This document shows, piece by piece, positions 8,008 through 13,293 of a stretch of DNA of 32,000 nucleotides (positions within the stretch are counted from its first letter, which is position 1; every line of letters begins with the position of its first letter). The stretch spans positions 1,380,001 to 1,412,000 of the forward strand of contig CP091279.1 of the NCBI GenBank assembly GCA_021650915.1. The letters run 5' to 3'. The notes below the pieces were generated by a model. It did no database searches, had not been told where the DNA came from, and saw only the letters and a list, made by a program, of their open reading frames with translations. This stretch comes from Candidatus Brocadia sp. (GTDB lineage Bacteria > Planctomycetota > Brocadiia > Brocadiales > Brocadiaceae). The translations under genes and the position numbers were made by a program.

Positions 8008-8447
8008 CAAATATTTGGGATGATTTAATGGGTTCTGATGACCCAATTTATGTTGTTCAAACTTCCACTAAAGCAATCCAACGTTGCCTCCTCATGACCA
8101 CCGACCCCGGCGATCTTGTTCTGGACATTACTTGCGGCAGCGGCACTACTGCTCACGTCGCCGAGAATTGGGGCAGAAGGTGGATCACTTGCGATACTTC
8201 CCGTGTCGCAATAACCCTTGCCAAGCAGCGCCTGATGACGGCGGTGTATGATTATTATGAACTTGCCCATCCGCATGAAGGCGTTGGCAGTGGTTTTCAA
8301 TACAAGACCGTTCCGCACATCACCTTAAAAAGCATTGCCAACAACGAGCCTCCTGCCCAGGAAACCTTATATGACCAGCCGTTTATAGATAGCAAGCGAT
8401 TACGGGTAACCGGCCCATTCACCGTTGAGGCGGTTCCGGCACCAACA

Positions 8448-8524
8448 GCAGTGATGAGTGGCGAGGGGTTAGTGATTAGTGAAAGAAACTCGCTAACCAC
8501 TGACCACTATCCACTAACCACTGC
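8448..8524. repeat. cargo-less heptamer-armed palindromic insert inside the mod ORF
   Basis: GCAGTG...CACTGC closes an imperfect hairpin. The left arm carries GTTAGTG/ATTAGTG units. The right arm carries four tandem 7-mers, CTAACCA CTGACCA CTATCCA CTAACCA. It translates in frame as VMSGEGLVISERNSLTTDHYPLTTA. Confidence 0.55.
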
Positions 8525-8996
8525 AATAGCCCGTAGTGGCGAAACCCTTCGCCAAAGCAACTGGCGGGATGAACTGCTGCGCGCAGGCGTACGGGCAAAA
8601 GGCGGCAAGTTAATCGAATTTATACGGGTAGAGCCGTTAAGCGGCACACGTTATTTGCAGGCAGAGGCAGAGACGAAACCCACCCCTGACCCCTCCGGGG
8701 GAGGGGAAAAAACGCAGAGAGTATTGGTCTGCTTTGGCCCGGAACATGCACCACTAGAGCAACGCATGGTGGAACTGGCATTGGAAGAGGCCATGCACCT
8801 GAAACCCAAGCCACACATGGTCTTATTCTGTGCCTTTCAGTTTGACGAAGAAGCCGCAAAAGACATTGATGAAACAAACTGGCCCGGAGTTACCCTGCTC
8901 AAAGCCCAGATGAACGCCGACCTGCTCACCGATGACCTGAAAAAGAAACGCAGCAGCAACGAAAGCTTCTGGCTTATTGGTCAGCCGGATGTGAGA

Positions 8997-9421
8997 GTGA
9001 TTAGTGGAGAGTGGTTAGTGGATAGTGAAGGGAGGCAAATACTACTATATGACAACGGTAAAAAGTTATCGGGACTTGATAGTCTGGCAGAAATCAATCA
9101 CATTGACAAAAAAGATTTATGCGTTTACGCAGCTATTTCCCAAAGAAGAGATTTATGGACTGACTTCACAGATGCGCAGGGCAGCCGTATCTATTGCATG
9201 CAACATAGCGGAGGGACAGGCGAGGAACAGCACGGGGGAATTCATTCAGTTCCTGGGCATTTCCAAGGGGTCTTTAGCCGAATTGGAGACATTGCAGTTG
9301 CTGTCAAAAGAAATGAATTTCCTGACGAAGGAAAATTATTTGACTTTATCAAACAATTGCGCAGAGATAAACAAATTGTTGACTGCATTAATCAAATCAC
9401 TATCCACTCGCCACTAACCAC
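8997..9421 (+). mobile_element. IVS-like element: heptamer-repeat inverted arms enclosing a four-helix-bundle protein gene, embedded in the mod ORF
   Basis: The left arm has tandem 7-mers TTAGTGG AGAGTGG TTAGTGG ATAGTGA (9001-9028). The right arm is TCACTATCCACTCGCCACTAACCAC (9397-9421). GTGGTTAGTG+GATAGTGA pairs with its complement across a 7-nt bulge. Confidence 0.5.
9049..9417 (+). CDS. four-helix-bundle protein (23S rRNA intervening-sequence protein family, TIGR02436-like), 122 aa
   Basis: MTTVKSYRDLIVWQKSITLTKKIY...LTSQMRRAAVSIACNIAEGQARNSTGEFIQFLGISKGSLAELETLQLL carries the family hallmarks (dL.vWqk, Q.rRAa.Si..NIAEG, F..FL.iA.GS..El.t). The ATG at 9049 is preferred over the GTG at 9025. 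The gene lies entirely inside the mod ORF in the +1 frame. Confidence 0.8.
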   Translation: MTTVKSYRDLIVWQKSITLTKKIYAFTQLFPKEEIYGLTSQMRRAAVSIACNIAEGQARNSTGEFIQFLGISKGSLAELETLQLLSKEMNFLTKENYLTLSNNCAEINKLLTALIKSLSTRH

Positions 9422-9771
9422 GAAACACATGTCGCAGATCGAAATCCTCGGCTTCGATTACTACAACCCCAAAACCGGAACCGTGGAAAGCGGCGGCAAG
9501 GGCGACATTGCCATGTGGATGCTCGACACCGATTACGATGGCCGCAGTTTATTCCCTTCACAGGTATTCTTCCCCATGGCAGGAGACAAAGAAGGCTGGG
9601 CAACCTTGGCTAAAAACCTGAAGGCCGAGATTGATGAAGAAAAGATAGGGGCGTTCAGGGGAACGGTATCTTTGCCGTTTACCCCGGGCAAGGCAGTGGC
9701 TGTAAAGATCATTGATGCCAGGGGGATTGAGAGTTTGAAGATTATACGATTGTAGGTATCAAAGTAATTTT

Positions 9772-10038
9772 GTAACAATTTAGTTTTTTGAAAATCCCGA
9801 AGGGATGACATGATTATAGAAAAACCGCACCACCCTATTCAACCCCGTAAGGGTGAAATATCGAAAAAATAGCGATACTATGCCACCCCTTACGGGGTTC
9901 ACCATGATTGGATAACGCTATGCTATAATCATGACATCCCTTCGGGATTACAGAAACAATATTTTGTACACTCGCAGTGAGTGTGAGCGAAAGTACGCTG
10001 AATAGCTACGAGAATTTTTCAAAAAACTAAATTGTTAC
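9772..10038. mobile_element. 267-bp MITE (copy 1) with an 8-bp target-site duplication
   Basis: TIRs are GTAACAATTTAGTTTTTTGAAAA (9772-9794) and TTTTCAAAAAACTAAATTGTTAC (10016-10038). TSD GTAATTTT lies at 9764-9771 and 10039-10046. The paralogous empty site AAAGTAATTTTGTAGC is at 12263-12278. The interior has a long hairpin (AATCCCGAAGGGATGACATGATTATAG ... CTATAATCATGACATCCCTTCGGGATT). Confidence 0.8.
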
Positions 10039-10046
10039 GTAATTTT

Positions 10047-10449
10047 GTAGCTATGGCAAAACAAACCGATGGCTTCGGCGCAGATTCGGTTACACGGTAC
10101 AGTTTACAAGACACAGAACGTCTTGTTAGACGTTCCCGCGCAGGGCGTATAAAAGGAAAAATCCCGAAGGGATGGCATGATTATAGGAAAAAATACACCG
10201 CAATATTCAACCCCATAGGGGTGAAATATCGGGAAGATATTGTGCGGATGCTACCTGGCGCAGCACAGCCGCAACCAAATTTCCTTTATGAAAGCGGGGA
10301 GATTGCTTCGGAAAAGGCCCTCGCAATGACAGCGACCATGCACTTTGATGGCACACTGCACGTTGTCATTGCGAGTGAAGCGAAGCAATCTTTCACTCAT
10401 AAAAAACGGCACCTCCTGAAAGGGGTTTGTGAAAAAACTTACAAAAAAA
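10047..10449. repeat. composite repeat 'R2', copy 1 (non-coding despite a 149-codon ORF)
   Basis: About 98% identical by eye to 12274-12676 and partly present in reverse orientation at 445-527 and 2035-2147. It is built from MITE half-hairpins and the CTCGCAATGACA (10320-10331) / TGTCATTGCGAG (10364-10375) inverted pair. Confidence 0.75.
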
Positions 10450-10877
10450 GTAACAATTTAGTTTTTTTGGTAACACTTTAGTTTTTTGAAAAGGTAGGGG
10501 CGAAGCATTTGCCTGCTTGGGGTGTGAATGCATTTATGCCAGTTTATGGCAAATGCTTCGCCCCTACACCGTGCGGCAACATCGTTATTATGGTAATTTT
10601 TCAAAAAACTAAAGTGTTACGTTTTTTGAAAAATCCCGGAGGGATGACATGATTATAGAAAAAGCGCGCCACCATATTTAACCCCATAGGGGTGAAATAT
10701 CGGGAAGATAGCGATACTATGTCACCCCTTACGGGGTTAACCATAATTGCATAACGATATGCTATAATCATGTCATCCCTTCGGGATTAAAGAAGCACTA
10801 TTTTGTTCGCTTGTAGTGATTGTGAGCGAAAGCACGCTGAAGAGATACGAGAATTTTTCAAAAAGCTGCATTGTTAC
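10450..10877. mobile_element. MITE copy 2, whose left TIR is interrupted by a nested mini-MITE
   Basis: GTAACAATTTAGTTTTTTT (10450-10468) is followed by the nested element, then GTTTTTTGAAAAATCCCGG... through TTTTCAAAAAGCTGCATTGTTAC (10854-10877). The body is near-identical to 12677-12944. Confidence 0.7.
10470..10620. mobile_element. 151-bp mini-MITE nested inside the TIR of MITE copy 2
   Basis: TIRs are GTAACACTTTAGTTTTTTGAAAA (10470-10492) and TTTTCAAAAAACTAAAGTGTTAC (10598-10620). They flank the palindrome GTAGGGGCGAAGCATTTGCC...GGCAAATGCTTCGCCCCTAC (10494-10567). Flanking GTTTTTT(T)G is duplicated on both sides. Confidence 0.7.
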
Positions 10878-10914
10878 AAAGGTTTGAAGGTTTTAAAATT
10901 ATGGAGGCGCATGT

Positions 10915-11235
10915 ATGGGAAGGATATGTCATATAGAATTGCCGAAAGACAAGATCGCCGATTTTTGCAGGAAGTGGAAGATTCGGGAATTTTCCATTTT
11001 TGGATCGGTATTAAGAGAGGACTTCCATCCTGACAGTGATATTGATGTGCTTGTAACCCTCTCGGAAGAGGCAAAGAATACCCTGTTTGACCTTGTTCAC
11101 ATGAAAGAAGAACTTGAGCAGATATTGGGAAGAGGGGTTGATTTGGTCAGCCGCCGGGGCATAGAATCCAGCAGAAACTATATCCGCAAAGAGGCTATTT
11201 TAGGAACAGCAGAGACCGTATATGCAGAGAGATAG
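10915..11235 (+). CDS. MNT-type minimal nucleotidyltransferase (antitoxin of an HEPN/MNT pair), 106 aa
   Basis: The signature is FGSVLREDFHPDSDIDVLV (GS-x9/10-D-x-D). SD GGAGG sits 7 nt before the ATG. The gene overlaps the downstream HEPN frame by 14 nt. Confidence 0.8.
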   Translation: MGRICHIELPKDKIADFCRKWKIREFSIFGSVLREDFHPDSDIDVLVTLSEEAKNTLFDLVHMKEELEQILGRGVDLVSRRGIESSRNYIRKEAILGTAETVYAER

Positions 11236-11551
11236 GGCCTACATGCTCGATATCATTGAGGCAGCAAAACTTGCTGTTTCATACATTGAAGACAAGAGAA
11301 GGGAAGATTTCTTAAAGGATGTTCAGTGTCAAGATGCCGTAATAAGGAGGCTTGAAATTATCGGTGAAGCGGCACGATGCATAACGGATAAGACAAAGAC
11401 TGCTTTTCCCTGGCTTCCATGACGAGAGATGATTGGCATACGTAACATCATGATCCATGAATATGATGATGTAGACCTTGATACAGTTTTTAAAACTGTA
11501 CAAAAAGACTTGCCATCGTTGATCAAATCCCTTGAAGAAATTCTAAAATAA
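11222..11551 (+). pseudogene. HEPN/DUF86 toxin gene with an in-frame TGA (11420-11422) upstream of the R-x4-H motif
   Basis: MQRDRAYMLDIIEAAKLAVSYIED...LEIIGEAARCITDKTKTAFPWLP*REMIGIRNIMIHEYDDVDLDTVFKTVQKDLPSLIKSLEEILK*. The same frame stays DUF86-like through the stop. RNIMIH (11441-11458) lies after the stop. Confidence 0.75.
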
Positions 11552-11567
11552 ATGCAGGAGATATATA

Positions 11568-11858
11568 ATGGGAAGGGACGATGTCCTTGCTATTTTGCGA
11601 GACTTTAAACAGCGCTTTGCCGAGAAATATGGAATCCTGGAGATAGGCATCTTTGGTTCAACTGCGCGGGATGATGCGCGGGAAGACAGCGATGTTGACA
11701 TCTGCATTAAAACAAAGACTCCTGATCCATTTGCCATTGTCCATATCAAGGAAGAGATTGAAAGCCGGATACGGAAACATGTTGATATAGTCCGGATACG
11801 TGAAAAGATGAACCCTTTTCTTAGGGAGCGCATAGAAAAAGAGGGCATCTATGCCTGA
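11568..11858 (+). CDS. MNT-type minimal nucleotidyltransferase (antitoxin), 96 aa
   Basis: The signature is FGSTARDDAREDSDVDICI. SD GGAG lies upstream. Its stop overlaps the start of the next gene by 8 nt. Confidence 0.8.
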   Translation: MGRDDVLAILRDFKQRFAEKYGILEIGIFGSTARDDAREDSDVDICIKTKTPDPFAIVHIKEEIESRIRKHVDIVRIREKMNPFLRERIEKEGIYA

Positions 11859-12240
11859 CAAGAACCTTGTTCTGTCAATACTTCAACAGATAGATGAGTC
11901 CCTTGAAAAAATCAAGGGCCGTGCGGTACAAATTTATAGCGCAGATGATTTCACCAATTCGCCGTCCGGTATGGAAAAGTTAGACAGCATCTGTATGCAG
12001 TTCATCGCTGTCGGAGAAGCCTTGAAAAAGATAGACAAAATAACCGGCGGTGGCCTTCTCTCTAAATATCCTGAAATAGACTGGAAAGGCGTCATGGGTT
12101 TTCGGGATATCATAGCCCATCATTATTTTGATATTGACGCGGAAGAGATATTCTGGATATGCGCTCATGAATTATCGCCGTTATCCGCTGCTATTAAAAG
12201 TATGATAAAGGAGATGATGCAAGGGGGATTGAGAGTTTGA
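11851..12240 (+). CDS. HEPN/DUF86 domain protein (toxin), 129 aa, with its 3' end running into a duplicated copy of the mod 3' end
   Basis: FIAVGEALKKI and the R-x4-H motif RDIIAHHYFDID are present. The last ~25 nt (from 12215) are a copy of the mod terminus 9713-9755, read in another frame. Confidence 0.75.
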   Translation: MPDKNLVLSILQQIDESLEKIKGRAVQIYSADDFTNSPSGMEKLDSICMQFIAVGEALKKIDKITGGGLLSKYPEIDWKGVMGFRDIIAHHYFDIDAEEIFWICAHELSPLSAAIKSMIKEMMQGGLRV

Positions 12241-12676
12241 AGATTATACGATTGTAGGTATCAAAGTAATTTTGTAGCTATGGCAAAACAAACCGGTGGC
12301 TTCGGCGCAGATTCGGTTACACGGTACAGTTTACAAGACACAGAACGTCTTGTTAGACGTTCCCACGCAGGGCATATAAAAGGAAAAATCCCGAAGGGAT
12401 GGCATGATTATAGGAAAAAATACACCGCAATATTCAACCCCATAGGGGTGAAATATCGGGAAGATATTGTGCGGATGCTACCTGGCGCAGCACAGCCGCA
12501 ACCAAATTTCCTTTATGAAAGCGGGGAGATTGCTTCGGAAAAGGCTCTCGCAATGACAGCGACCATGCACTTTGATGGCACACGGCACGTTGTCATTGCG
12601 AGTGAGGCGAAGCAATCTTTCACTCATAAAAAACGGCACATCCTGAAAGGGGTTTGTGAAAAAACTTACAAAAAAA
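12215..12676. repeat. second copy of the mod-3'-end segment plus composite repeat 'R2' (copy 2)
   Basis: 12215-12273 matches 9713-9771 with 1 mismatch seen. 12274-12676 matches 10047-10449 with about 8 differences seen. It lacks the MITE present at 9772-10038. Confidence 0.8.
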
Positions 12677-12944
12677 GTAACAATTTAGTTTTTTGAAAAA
12701 TCCCGGAGAGATGACATGATTATAGAAAAAGCGCGCCACCATATTTAACCCCATAGGGGTGAAATATCGGGAAGATAGCGATACTATGTCACCCCTTACG
12801 GGGTTAACCATAATTGCATAACGATATGCTATAATCATGTCATCCCTTCGGGATTAAAGGAGCACTATTTTGTTCACTCGTACTGATGGTGAGCAAAAGT
12901 ACGCTGAATAGATGCGAGAATTTTTCAAAAAGCTAAATTGTTAC
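12677..12944. mobile_element. 268-bp MITE (copy 3)
   Basis: TIRs are GTAACAATTTAGTTTTTTGAAAA (12677-12699) and TTTTCAAAAAGCTAAATTGTTAC (12922-12944). CAAAAAAA is present on both flanks, which is a possible 8-bp TSD but is low-complexity. Confidence 0.7.
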
Positions 12945-12971
12945 CAAAAAAAAGAAGTTTTTATACAGTAA

Positions 12972-13293
12972 TACTCTATAGTCGATGCGGCAAAAGAGGC
13001 AGTTTCTTTTGCTCACGGGAAGACCAGAAAATCGTTTGATGAAAACCGAATGCTGATGCTTTCCCCTGGTTAAGGATATTGGGATTATAGGCGAGGCTGC
13101 CACCCATGTTTCAGAGAGTTGTCGCGAGGAGTTTCCCCATATCCCCTGGAGAAGTATAACCAACATGAGAAACCGGCTAATCCATGCCTATTTTGATATA
13201 AATCTGGATATTGTCTGGCAGACGGTTACCGATAACCTTCCCTCTCTCATAACCGAATTTGATAAAATACCTTCCCTTAAGAAGGATTTATGA
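12972..13293 (+). pseudogene. HEPN/DUF86 remnant: 5'-truncated and frameshifted, with its stop overlapping the res start
   Basis: Frame 0 reads YSIVDAAKEAVSFAHGKTRKSFDENRMLMLSPG* (stop at 13071). Frame +1 continues LVKDIGIIGEAATHVSESCREEFPHIPWRSITNMRNRLIHAYFDINLDIVWQTV...KKDL*. One extra C in the CCCC run at about 13063-13066 explains the shift. No start codon remains. Confidence 0.7.

Larger units (their letters stand above)
8016..9755 (+). pseudogene. mod: Type III-like DNA methyltransferase (Mod), C-terminal fragment (AdoMet motif I plus long C-terminal region)
   Basis: DLVLDITCGSGTTAHVAENWGRRWITCDTSRVAI is the FxGxG AdoMet-binding motif I. The frame at 8016 (TGG GAT GAT TTA ATG...) is continuous with 5385-6620 after IS removal. 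It contains two in-frame palindromic inserts. Confidence 0.8.

Noticed and set aside
9025-9048. GTG at 9025 as the start of the four-helix-bundle gene
   Set aside because: The family consensus begins near M..(K)SYRDL.VWQK. The ATG at 9049, preceded by GGGAGG, fits better, and the extra N-terminal MKGGKYYY comes from the arm/RBS sequence.
10032-10481. 149-aa ORF, and its 138-aa twin at 12280-12696, as possible duplicated protein genes
   Set aside because: Both are read-throughs of composite repeat R2. The sequence is assembled from MITE half-hairpins and palindromes that also occur in reverse orientation at 445-527 and 2035-2147. There is no RBS. The peptides (..IPKGWHDYRK..VIASEAKQS..) are typical repeat translations.
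11420-11422. In-frame TGA in HEPN1 as selenocysteine or programmed read-through
   Set aside because: There is no SECIS-like hairpin immediately downstream, and the position normally holds W or R rather than Cys. A single-base change (TGG or CGA to TGA) giving a nonsense mutation is the simpler explanation.
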